Of a stretch of 64,000 bases of DNA, positions 12,440 to 32,300 are shown piece after piece; position 1 is the stretch's first letter, and each line of letters opens with the position of its first letter. The stretch is from Macrostomum lignano. Its lineage: Eukaryota. A model generated the notes under the pieces. That model was not told the origin of the DNA, did no database searches, and worked only from the letters and a program-made list of their open reading frames with translations. Location of the stretch: the NCBI GenBank assembly GCA_002269645.1, contig NIVC01002079.1, forward strand, positions 62,001 through 126,000, in the 5' to 3' direction. The position numbers were made by a program, and so were the translations under genes.

Positions 12440-13020
12440 GGGTTGGGATTAGTGTTAGGGATTATAGTGTTAGGGCGGGGATTAGTGTTAGGGCTGGAAT
12501 TAGTGTTTGAGATTAGTGTTAGGGTTGCGATTAGTGTTAGGGCTGCGATTAGTGTTAGGGTTGCGATTAGTGTTAGGGCTGCGATTAGTGTTAGGGTTGC
12601 GATTAGTGTTAGGGTTGCGATTAGTGTTAGGGTTGCGATTAGTGTTAGGGATTTGTGTTAGGGTTGGGATTAGTGTTAGGGTTGGGATTAGTGTTAGGGA
12701 TTAGTGTTAGGATTGGGATTAGTGTTAGGGATTTGTGTTAGGGTTGCGATTAGTGTTAGGGTTGGGATTAGTGTTAGGGATTAGTGTTAGGGTTGCGATT
12801 AGTGTTAGGGCTGCGATTAGTGTTAGGGTTGCGATTAGTGTTAGAGATTAGTGTTAGGGATTTGTGTTAGGGTTGGGATTAGTGTTAGGGTTGGGATTAG
12901 TGTTAGGGTTGGGATTTGTGTTAGGGTTGGGATTTGTGTTAGGGTTGGGATTAGTGTTAGGGTTGGGATTAGTGTTAGGGTTGGGATTAGTGTTAGGGTT
13001 GGGATTAGTGTTAGGGTTGG
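12440..13020. repeat. 18-bp telomere-like minisatellite (TTAGGGTTGGGATTAGTG and TTAGGGTTGCGATTAGTG variants)
   Basis: About 30 units, each one canonical TTAGGG plus two variant hexamers; ends ~250 bp downstream of the GPCR stop codon. Confidence 0.92.
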
Positions 13021-13275
13021 GAATGGTAGGAGATAAAGACATGAGAGAGAGTGTGTGGAACCCCGTCACACAGGTTGGAACCAGAGAAGGCTGAGGGAGG
13101 AGAAGAGAGAAGTGCTCAAACCTGGTGATGAGCCAGGAAAAAACTCCAGTAGAGACCAGTCAGCCCGCATGGGACCACCTACCATCCCAAGAGGTTGGAA
13201 GGAGAAGGAAAACTACAAGGGGAAAATTCAGCTTCGTCGGAGACCCTCATGATCAACGACTTTCTAAAGTGCAGA

Positions 13276-21189
<7,914 letters not shown>

Positions 21190-21679
21190 GCCTCATCAGG
21201 GGTGCTGATTGAAACTGTGTGGAGCAATTGGCAGACAGGTTTTTTCAGAGCCTCTCCTCGCTGAGCTGCAGCAACAAAAATTAATCAAGGCTAATAATGA
21301 ACGAGCGCGTCTTTTCGTCTCAGGTTCGAACCGGAATGAATCCAGTTTTGATGGCTAGCGATGAATGCAAAGTACTTTTGCTGCCAAGCAGATGAGAGGC
21401 GCAAGGGTAAGCAGGTAAAATGCTTTTGGCGCTGCTTTTAGACTTGATTTGCTCTGGGGATTGTCACGGATCGCCTAGCAGTTGAACTGAGGCTGGGAGA
21501 GCGCAGGATCTGACAACTGAGCAGGAGCAGAGTCGAGTACCTGGCAGCGGCTTTAAATTGGTTGCTAGGGGGGGGGTGCAAGACAGGATCTGCGCGGTTG
21601 TCGAATGAAATTCGAGACCGTCAGCACCATCAGCCAATGGCGATTCAAGTCAGGGGGAGATTTTAAAAATGGGAGTCTG

Positions 21680-22190
21680 ATTGGGGATCTGGAAGTAATA
21701 TTGAGGACCTGAGAGTGAGATTGGGAATCTGAGAGTGAGATTGGGGATCTGAGAGTGAGATTGGGGATCTTAGAGTGAGATTAGGGATCTGAGAGTGAGA
21801 TTAGGGATCTGAGAGTGAGATTGGGGATCTGGGAGTGAGATTGGGGATCTGGGAGTGAGATTGGGGATCTGAGAGTGGGATTGGGGATCTGAGAGTGAGA
21901 TTGGGGATCTTAGAGTGAGATTAGGGATCTGAGAGTGAGATTAGGGATCTGAGAGTGAGATTAGGGTCTGGCAGTGAGATTGGGGATCTGAGAGTGAGAT
22001 TAAGGATCTGGGGGTGAGATTGAGGATCTGAGAGTGAGATTGGGGATCTGAGAGTGAGGTTATGGATCTGAGAGTGAGATTAGGGATCTGAGAGTGAGAT
22101 TGGGGATCTGAGAGTGAGATTGAGGATCTGGAAGTGAGATTGGGGATCTAAGAGTGAGATTGGGATCTGAGGGTGAGATTCAGGAGCTGG
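21680..22190. repeat. 20-bp minisatellite (TTGGGGATCTGAGAGTGAGA), same family as 20058-21128
   Basis: About 25 units upstream of the GPCR start codon. Confidence 0.93.
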
Positions 22191-22911
22191 ACGATTGAGG
22201 ATCTGGTAGATAGGGGCTCTAATGGTGCAGTTAGGGATCTGTGAGAAACCAGGACATTGGGTGTTATCGCAGGATCTGCTTTCCTTACACACTGCTGATA
22301 ATGGGTTAATAATTGAATGAAAATCAATGTGCATTTCTCACGAATTTCAGTAAAATTGTTTACAATAACACGGTCGTTTTAATTTTCTTTCACAATTCCA
22401 ATCCAGTGAATGTTTTAAAGAACTCTTGGCAGAAAAAACCTGTTTTTATCTTTTCAGCTTCTCAAAGACTGGAAGGAAACGTTATTTATTAAACTGAGTC
22501 TTCACTACAAGCAACTGCAATTTAGAAACTGTCTGCATTTTTAACAAGCAAGTTTTTATGTAGTTATTTTTTAATTGTAGAATTTCATTTTTCATTTTTC
22601 TTTCATAATCCTTCTTCTATTTTATCTTAAGCCGCTTTTGTTTGCTTTCTCCTTGAGCAGTCTGAGTGCAATAAAAGAGTTTTATTTAAAGCAGAAAATT
22701 TAATTAGACAGACACGTCAGTGGCGAGCGTCACAGAAACAGTACAGCAAAAGGTCGAAAAATTATTTCTTTCCAGTTTTAGTTCGTTCGTTCCTATCAAC
22801 TACTGTTAGTAGAGATGTGACATTTTATGCTTAACACATGAATTTTTAACTCAAGAGAATTGATGAGCCGCTTGCAGCTCGCCGTGTCTTTATGCACACA
22901 GACGATTCATC

Positions 22912-23397
22912 CTTCCCATCTCGTCCCCAATCAGTAAGTACACTGATGACTCATCATTCCCATCTCGTCCCCAATCAGTAAGTACACTGATGACTCATCA
23001 TTCCCATCTCGTCCCCAATCAGTAAGTACACTGATGACTCATCATTCCCATCTCGTCCCCATTCAGTAAGTACACTGATGACTCATCATTCCCATCTCGT
23101 CCCTTTTCTGCATGTACACTGATGACTCATCATTCCCATCTCGTTCCTTTTCTGCATGTACACTGATGACTCACCATTCCCATCTCGTCCCTTTTCTGCA
23201 TGTACACTGATGACTCACCATTCCCATCTCGTCCCTTTTCTGCATGTACACTGATGACTCATCGTTCCCATCTCGTCCCTTTTCTGCATGTACACTGATG
23301 ACTCATCGTTCCCATCTCGTCCCCTATCTGCATGTACACTGATGACTCACCATTCGCATCTCGTCCCTTATCTGCATGTACGCTGATGACTCATCGC
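22912..23397. repeat. 44/43-bp minisatellite, ~11 copies
   Basis: TTCCCATCTCGTCCCCAATCAGTAAGTACACTGATGACTCATCA switching to a ...CTTTTCTGCATGTACAC... variant. Confidence 0.93.
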
Positions 23398-23839
23398 TCA
23401 AACTTCTAATAATTTTGCCTCAAATGGTACTACCATTTATCCACTAAAAATCAGTACCTTATGTTCTCTCCAACAGCTTAGTAAATTTAAATGTAAATGT
23501 AATTACGAAGTAAGGAAATTATTTTGTTCTGCAAGGTTTCGCATTAACAGTTGCATAAAATGCTAAAATGATACTTTTCGATCTGTCAACAACCAGTCCC
23601 AGCCGGTTGGTCAGTAAGAGTGAACTGCCGAAATATTCGGAGACCTGGAAATACGCAATATTCACGAAGGTAAAATTTTACTGCGCTATTGTCGACACAT
23701 AAAATAAATGAAAAAACGGGTCTCAGAGTTTTCATTGCCACATTAACAGCTGGCAAGAAAGTGAAAGCAACTGCTTAAAAAATCTCAAGTTCAACAAGTT
23801 GATTTCAATTGCAAATTTTCTGCAAGCGGAGCATGGAAA

Positions 23840-24031
23840 ATCAGAGCGCTGCTGCAGCGGTGGCTGGTGAGTGCTTTGTGATGCAGATCTATCAAAATAA
23901 ATAAACTTTTACACTTTATCAAAAATCAACTTCCATTTGTAATCGAAATTCTGCCTTGAACTTGTCTTTCAGATCAAGAAGACCGTACGAAAAAGTTCTG
24001 CAAGAAAAGTGCTGCAGATTCAGCGAACCAG
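23840..24031 (+). other. Candidate non-coding 5'-UTR exons of the SLC26 gene
   Basis: Donor GGCTG|GTGAGT at ~23866, acceptor TCTTTCAG|ATC at 23972, donor CCAG|GTGAGC at 24031. Good consensus sites, but no transcript evidence is available here. Confidence 0.35.
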
Positions 24032-24089
24032 GTGAGCAGTCGGTCATGAGGAACTAAATTATAAATATGCTGTCAGATACTCAGTCAAA

Positions 24090-25720
24090 TGTGTGTCTGA
24101 CTTGATATCTATTGTGTCTGACTTGATATCTATAGTGTCTGACTTGATATCTATTGTGTCTGTCTTGATATCTATTGTGTCTGACTTGATATCTATTGTG
24201 TCTGTCTTGATATCTATTGTGTCTGTCTTGATATCTATTGTGTCTGACTTGATATCTATTGTGTCTGTCTTGATATCTATTGTGTCTGACTTGATATCTA
24301 TTGTGTCTGTCTTGATATCTATTGTGTCTGACTTGATATCTATAGTGTCTGACTTGATATCTATTGTGTCTGTCTTGATATCTATTGTGTCTAACTTGAT
24401 ATCTATTGTGTCTGTCTTGATATCTATTGTGTCTGACTTGATATCTATAGTGTCTGACTTGATATCTATTGTGTCTGTCTTGATATCTATAGTGTCTGAC
24501 TTGATATCTATTGTGTCTGTCTTGATATCTATTGTGTCTGTCTTGATATCTATTGTGTCTGTCTTGTTATCTATAGTGTCTGTCTTGATATCTATTGTGT
24601 CTGTCTTGATATCTATTGTGTCTGACTTGATCCCTATAGTGTCTGTCTTGATATCTATAGTGTCTGACTTGATCCATATAGTGTCTGACTTAATCCCTAT
24701 AGTGTCTCTCTTGATCCCTATAGTGTCTCTCTTGATCCCTATAGTGTCTGACTTGATCCCTATAGTGTCTGACTTGATCCCTATAGTGTCTGTCTTGATC
24801 TCTATAGTGTCTGACTTGATATCTATTGTGTCTGTCTTGATATCTATTGTATCTGTCTTGATATCTATAGTGTCTGACTTGATCCCTATAGTGTCTGTCT
24901 TGATCTCTATAGTGTCTGACTTGATCCCTATAGTGTCTGACTTAATCCCTATAGTGTCTGTCTTGATCCCTATAGTGTCTGTCTTGATATCTATAGTGTC
25001 TGTCTTGATCTGTCTGTCTTGATCCCTATAGTGTCTGTCTTGATCTCTATAGTGTCTGACTTGATATCTATAGTGTCTGTCTTGATATCTATAGTGTCTG
25101 TCTTGATCTGTCTGTCTTGATCCCTATAGTGTCTGTCTTGATCTCTATAGTGTCTGACTTGATATCTATTGTGTCTGTCTTGATATCTATTGTATCTGTC
25201 TTGATATCTATAGTGTCTGACTTGATCCCTATAGTGTCTGTCTTGATCTCTATAGTGTCTGACTTGATCCCTATAGTGTCTGACTTAATCCCTATAGTGT
25301 CTGTCTTGATCCCTATAGTGTCTGTCTTGATATCTATAGTGTCTGTCTTGATCTGTCTGTCTTGATCCCTATAGTGTCTGTCTTGATCTCTATAGTGTCT
25401 GACTTGATATCTATAGTGTCTGTCTTGATATCTATAGTGTCTGTCTTGATCTGTCTGTCTTGATCCCTATAGTGTCTGTCTTGATCTCTATAGTGTCTGA
25501 CTTGATATCTATTGTGTCTGTCTTGATATCTATTGTATCTGTCTTGATGTCTATAGTGTCTGACTTAATCCCTATAGTGTCTGTCTTGATCCCTATAGTG
25601 TCTGTCTTGATATCTATAGTGTCTGTCTTGATCTGTCTGTCTTGATCCCTATAGTGTCTGTCTTGATCTCTATAGTGTCTGTCTTGATCCTTATAGTGCC
25701 TGTCTTGATCCCTATAATGT
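24090..25720. repeat. 21-bp minisatellite (GTGTCTGTCTTGATATCTATA family) with a 343-bp higher-order repeat in its 3' half
   Basis: About 77 units. Identical translated blocks recur at a 343-nt offset (ORF ends 25022 and 25365; ORF starts 25117 and 25460). Confidence 0.94.
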
Positions 25721-26383
25721 CTGTTTTGCCCTAAACAGTCAAGCTAGCCTGCAAGCTGGTGATCACACACTGTAATTCACATGTACATGAAAGTAGGGAT
25801 TGGATTAAGAAATCGAATTTCTCGTCATAAAAATGTTCTGCATATGCAGTGTCAATTCCCGCTCTGATCAAACAGTGGATGCCACAGTGGCTTCAGGTGC
25901 ACTCTACAGAGAGCTCCGGCCCCCGTGTTGTCCTGCCGCCCCCCTGCACAGCCCTACTGACAATGCGATTGGTTGGCTAGTGCGGGAGCAGAGCGGGAGA
26001 GGAGAGAGGGAGACAGTGGGGTAGGGTAGGGAGCCAAGAGAAGTGGGCGGTGGAGAACAACTGCAGGTCCAAGCAGGCGAAGGCTCCCCCCTCTATCCCA
26101 CATGTGTGGGAGAGCAGCTGTTATGGAGCAAAGAAATGGAGTTTTGAATTTTTTAAACTTTACTACCGCAACCTTGAACTCTTGCCGTTTGCTCGATCTA
26201 TACATTCTGCATAGTGGAAACCTTTCCCTCCTAGGAGAAATTCATAATTTAGAAGAAAATAAATTCAACTGCAACACGGACAGGCACAGAGAGAGGCCGT
26301 GACCTGAGAGCCATAGCCCGGGATTAGATATAAGAGTGACCGTTTAATCCTGTCTGTTTCAGTGCTCCAGCGACAGCAGGGAG

Positions 26384-29300
26384 ATGAGCGCCAAGAAGGT
26401 GGATTACACTGCTCTGGTCGGTGAGTAGGGCTGCATTGCCGACATTGTGAACCAAAAGTAATATGAGAATGAGACACTATCAGTCTAGGGACAGATTGTT
26501 TCTGAGATAATCAGTGAGATTAGATCTCAGAGGAAAGATTCTCACCGTTCACACACTTTGTGAGATTAGATCTCTGAGAGAAGATTCTCACCGTTCACAC
26601 ACTTTGTGAGATTAGATCTCAGAGAGAAGATTCTCCCCTACTTACACACTACGTGAGATTAGATCTGAGAGAGAAGATTCTCACCGTTCACACACTTTGT
26701 GAGATTAGATCTGAGAGAGAAGATTCTCACCGTTCACACACTTTGTGAGATTAGATCTCAGAGAGAAGATTCTCACCGTTCATGCACTTTGTGAGATTAG
26801 ATCTCAGAGAGAAGAATCTCACCGTTCACACACTTTGTGAGATTAGATCTGAGAGAAAAGATTCCCCCGTTCACACACTACGTGAGATTAGATCTCAGAG
26901 AAGATTCTCACCGCTCACAACAAGATGAGCTCTCAAGGATTACTGATACGCACAAAAATCCTATCACAAGCCATCGTGTTTCTAGGAAAACTACCAAATT
27001 GTTAATAATAAAACTGACGAATTCTCGGCAGGAGCGGCTGACTCTGCACCAGCACAGACTGCGGAGGCTGGGGAGACCATCTCCTCGGCTGCACCAGCTT
27101 TCCTGATGGCTTCGCCGCCTTCGCAGCACCAACACCAGCACCAGCACCAGCACCAGCGCCTGGCCGAGCTGGTGCCAGCTGGAGAGGCCGGTGCGGTCAT
27201 CGAAGGCGACGACATCGAACTGTTCGCGGCTGACGACGACGACGACGACAGCTTGGCGCCGAGCGACGCCGAGACGGAGCGAAGTGTCCGAGTTCTGAGG
27301 CCGGTGTCCACCCAGCAGCAGTTCGACGATCGACACGGCGGTCGGCTGGTTCGACGGCCGCTGCTGCACCGGCTGCGGGACAGGCTGAAGTCGGCCAAGA
27401 CCGGCTGTCCACCCGATCGGGGGCGCCTGTGCGGAGCTCTCGTGCAGCTGCTGCCGTTTTTGGGCATCATGCGAGAGTACAACCTGCGGGAGTGGCTGCT
27501 GCCCGACCTCATTTCGGGTGAGCCCAGCTGAGGCCGGAGGGTTGAAGGGGCAACGGGTTTCACTTCCGATGGGTCTATGAGTCAGTAGGTTGATGAATGA
27601 GTCAGTAGGTTGATGAATGAGTCTGTAGGTTGATGATTGAGTCAGTAGGTCGATGATTGAGTCAGTAGGTTGATGATTGAGTCAGTAGGTTGATGATTGA
27701 GTCAGTAGGTTGATGAATGAGTCTGTAGGTTGATGATTGAGTCAGTAGGTTGATGATTGAGTCAGTAGGTTGATGATTGAGTCAGTAGGTAGATGAATGA
27801 GTCCTTGATGAAAGAGTCAGTACTTTTTCTCATGAGACTGGATTACTGAATATTACAGTAAAAAATAATGCCTGAATAAAACAATTTGTACGCCTCACTT
27901 GATCAGTATAAACGTAACTTGCATGACTAACAAACTACAATGGCTTAGTTGATTTAAAACAAATGAATTTCTGCTTTCAAGTCAGTCTGCAGTACAGTAT
28001 TCTTCCCTTTGCAATTAATTTTCGCCTGATTAATTACGCGCGAAAGACGTCATGCTCAGTCGATCAAAATTTTGGCCTAATTATTACATATCTATTTTAT
28101 CCGGAGTTCGCTCGAGAGACCAATGTACATTGGCTGTGACGGCTGGGGGCAGAGATGTAATGGCTAACTGAAAGGCTCCTGCAATGTACATTGGCTGTGA
28201 CGGCTGGGGGCAGAGATGTAATGGCTAACTGAAAGGCTCCTGCAATGTACATTGGCTGTGACGGCTGGGGGCAGAGATGTAATGGCTAACTGAAAGGCTC
28301 CTGCAATGTACATTGGCTGTGACGGCTGGGGGCAGAGATGCAATGGCTAACTGAAAGGCTCCTGTAATGTACATTGGCTGTGACGGCTGGGGGCAGAGAT
28401 GTAATGGCTAACTGAAAGGCTCCTGCAATGTACATTGGCTGTGACGGCTGGGGGCAGAGATGTAATGGCTAACTGAAAGGCTCCTGCAATGTACATTGGC
28501 TGTGACGGCTGGGGGCAGAGATGTAATGGCTAACTGAAAGGCTCCTGCAATGTACATTGGCTGTGACGGCTGGGGCAGAGATGTAATGGCTAACTGAAAG
28601 GCTCCTGCAATGTACATTGGCTGTGACGGCTGGGGGCAGAGATGCAATGGCTAACTGAAAGGCTCCTGTAATGTACATTGGCTGTGACGGCTGGGGGCAG
28701 AGATGTAATGGCTAACTGAAAGGCTCCTGCAATGTACATTGGCTGTGACGGCTGGGGCAGAGATGTAATGGCTAACTGAAAGGCTCCTGCAATGTACATT
28801 GGCTGTGACGGCTGGGGGCAGAGATGTAATGGCTAACTGAAAGGCTCCTGCAATGTACATTGGCTGTGACGGCTGGGGGCAGAGATGTAATGGCTAACTG
28901 AAAGGCTCCTGCAATGTACATTGGCTGTGACGGCTGGGGGCAGAGATCCCTACGATGTCGAGGCTTGCAGGGAATCGCTATAATGCTGTAGTAGTGCTAT
29001 AATGACTCAGAATTACTGAAATTTCAATGGATTAGGGTTAGGTTAGAGTTAGGGTTAGGGTTAGGGTTAGGCTAGGGTTAGGGTTAGGGTTAGGCTAAGG
29101 TTAGGGTACGTTAGAAGGTTGACAGATTTTTTTTAGATTTCAAGGCTTATTGGGGGCATCGCTGAGATGTCAAGGGGGGAAGTTGATATGTTAAAGCTTG
29201 TGGGGGGGGGAATTACTGACATGTCAAGGCTTACAAGGGACTTCTGAGATATATTGCAGAGATGCTACATGTAGTTTATTACAAAACTTGTACTGCATTT

Positions 29301-32300
29301 TTGGCTCCCAACGCTAAGATACTAAGCTAAAAATACTACTAGCGCTTCACAAACTTATGCAGATGTCAGGCTGTAGGGTTAGTGTTAGGGTTGGTATTAG
29401 GGTTTAGGTTTAGGGTTAGGTTCAGGGTTATTGCGTTAAGATTCGGGTTAGGGTTAGGGTTAGGGTAGCTTATAACTTAGCTCATGTAGCTTATTAAAAT
29501 GTTTATCATGGAAGCATCATGCAAAAATAATGGAAGCGTCATGTAAAAATCATAGAAGCATCATGCAAAAACTCATGGACAAAATATTGAATTTAGGGTT
29601 TTGTTTAGGGTTAGGGTTAGGGTTAGAAGTTTGACAGGAGATTTTTTAAGATTTCAAGGCTACATGTAGCTTATTAAAAAAACGTGTATTGCATTTCTTT
29701 GGCTTCCCAACGGGGGTCGTAGATTGCTAGTGGCTAACTGAAAGGCTCCTGCAATGTACCTTGGCCGTGACGGCTGGGGGCAGAGATGTAATGGGTAACT
29801 GAAAGGCCCCTGCAATGTACCTTGGCTGTGACGGCTGGGGGGCAGAGAAGTAATGGCTAACTGAAAGGCTCCTGCAATGTACCTTGGCTGTGACGGCTGG
29901 GGGCAGAGATGCAATGGCTAACTGAAAGGCCCCTGCTTATTTCAAACTTTTGCACACCCTTACTGAGCAAAACATTCTCAATCCACAATTTTTTCAGGCC
30001 TGACGGTGGGCATCATGCACATCCCCCAGGGCATGGCGTACGCCTTCCTGGCCGAGCTGCCGCCCTACCTGGGCCTGTACACCTCCTTCTTCCCTCCTCT
30101 GATCTACTTCTTCTTCGGCACATCGCGTCAGATCTCCATGGGCACCTTGGCGATCGTCTCGCTGCTGATTGGCAGTCTGGTCAGGAAGAACCTGCCGGCG
30201 GTTGCTATGCAGGTGACCCCAGCTGGCGATAATGTGACTGCGGAAGCTTTCATAGTCAATGCCACCTCGATGGCGGCTGACCAGTCGTGGGGATCAGACC
30301 CGCTGATACGGAGCAGAGTCTCCCTGGCCTGCGCCACCTGCCTTTGCGTGGGGCTGATTCAGGTGAGCGACGCGGCAGGTTGGACTTTGGACTCCCAGAT
30401 CCTCAGTTGCTGGGCCAGCTTCCCAGATCCTCAGTTGCTGGGCCAGCTTCCCAGATCCTCAGTTGCTGGGCCAGCTTCCCAGATCCTCAGTTGCTGGGCC
30501 AGCTTCCCAGATCCTCAGTTGCTGGGCCAGCTTCCCAGATCCTCAGTTGCTGGGCCAGCTTCCCAGATCCTCAGTTGCTGGGCCAGCTTCCCAGATCCTC
30601 AGTTGCTGGGCCAGCTTCCCAGATCCTCAGTTGCTGGGCCAGCTTCCCAGATCCTCAGTTGCTGGGTTAGCCTCCCAGATCTTTAGTTTCTGGAGCACCC
30701 TCATCCCAGATGCTCAGTTTCCGGAGCACCCTCATCCCAGATCCTCAGTTTCTGGAGCACCCTCATCCCAGATCCTCAGTTTCTGGAGCACCCTCATCCC
30801 AGATCCTCAGTTTCTGGAGCACCCTCATCCCAGATCCTCAGTTTCTGGAGCACCCTCATCCCAGATCCTCAGTTTCTGGAGCACCCTCATCCCAGATCCT
30901 CAGTTTCTGGAGCACCCTCATCCCAGATCCTCAGTTTCTGGAGCACCCTCATCCCAGATCCTCAGTTTCTGGAGCACCCTCATCCCAGATCCTCAGTTTC
31001 TGGAGCACCCTCATCCCAGATCCTCAGTTTCTGGAGCACCCTCATCCCAGATCCTCAGTTTCTGGAGCACCCTCATCCCAGATCCTCAGTTTCTGGAGCA
31101 CCCTCATCCCAGATTCTCAGTTGTTGAAAAAAGCAGAGCAGCACAGCTTCGCCTGACTCTGTTGAGCCTGTTGGATTTTGCAGTGCGCGGCCGAATTCAT
31201 TCGGGGCTGGTGCGCACGACCATCACCCTACCAGATTCCAAAAACTTCAATTTGACCCGCAACTCTCGATAATTCTCCCAACAACCAGCTGCTCATGGGC
31301 ATCTTGCGACTCGGCTTTCTAACTCGCTACCTGAGCGACCCGCTAATCTCCGGGTTCACCATGGGCGTCGCGGTGCACGTTTTCAGCAGCCAGATCAAGT
31401 ACGTGCTGGGCATCAGTGTGCCAGGCAGGAATGGCCTGGCAAGTTTGCCCCTGGTGAGTCTGGGCTGCAAATCTTTGAAGCTTTCATTGATAATGAGCAG
31501 TTAAATAGAATGCAAAGCACCCACTGACCTCTCCGGATCGCCAGCACTACTACGATCTGGCCTGCAACATTGGTCAGACCAATTTTGTCACCCTGGGCAT
31601 CGCGGCCTTTGCCGTAGTGATCCTGTACGTCACCAAGGAATTCGTTAATCCGCGAGTTCGCAAGAAGATTAAAGCGCCTCTGCCGACCGAACTGATCATT
31701 GTAAGAATCCGAGTGCTTGCTCAAACAGCTGTCTTTTTTAGGCAAATTTTCTCATGTCTGACTTAATCTCTACCAGGTAACTCTTGGGACAGTGATCTCC
31801 TATGCGTTCGATCTTAAGAAGAATTACAACGTTAAAATCGTTGGCACCATTCCGACTGGGTAAGGATGCCGATAGATCAGTTTCCTTGCGTTGACTCTCT
31901 GCACCCACCTCACTCCCTGCACCTACCTCACTCCCTGCACCCACCTCACTCCCTGCACCCACCTCACTCCCTGCATCCACCTCACTCCCTGCACTCACCT
32001 CACTGCCTGCACCCACCTCACTCCCTGCACCCACCTCACTCCCTGCACCCACCTCACTCCCTGCACCCACCTCACTCCCTGCACCCACCTCACTGCCTGC
32101 ACTTACCTTACTCCCTGCACCCACCTCACTCCCTGCACCCACATCACTCCCTGCACCCACCTCACTCCCTGCACCCACCTCACTCCCTGCATCCACCTCA
32201 CTCCCTGCACCCACCTCACTGCCTGCACTCACCTCACTCCCTGTGCCCCCTCAATAAGCAACAGCACAAGTGAATGAAGCAGTTGGCAACAAATCGAAAT

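Noticed and set aside
24093-25645. Hydrophobic LISIVSD/V repeat ORFs resembling a membrane protein
   Set aside because: Direct translation of the 21-bp array, broken by non-triplet units, with no unique coding flanks.
27106-27531. ATG 27106 as the SLC26 start
   Set aside because: The frame is open to an acceptor at 27031 that joins in phase to an upstream ATG exon (26384-26420) with a perfect GTGAGT donor.
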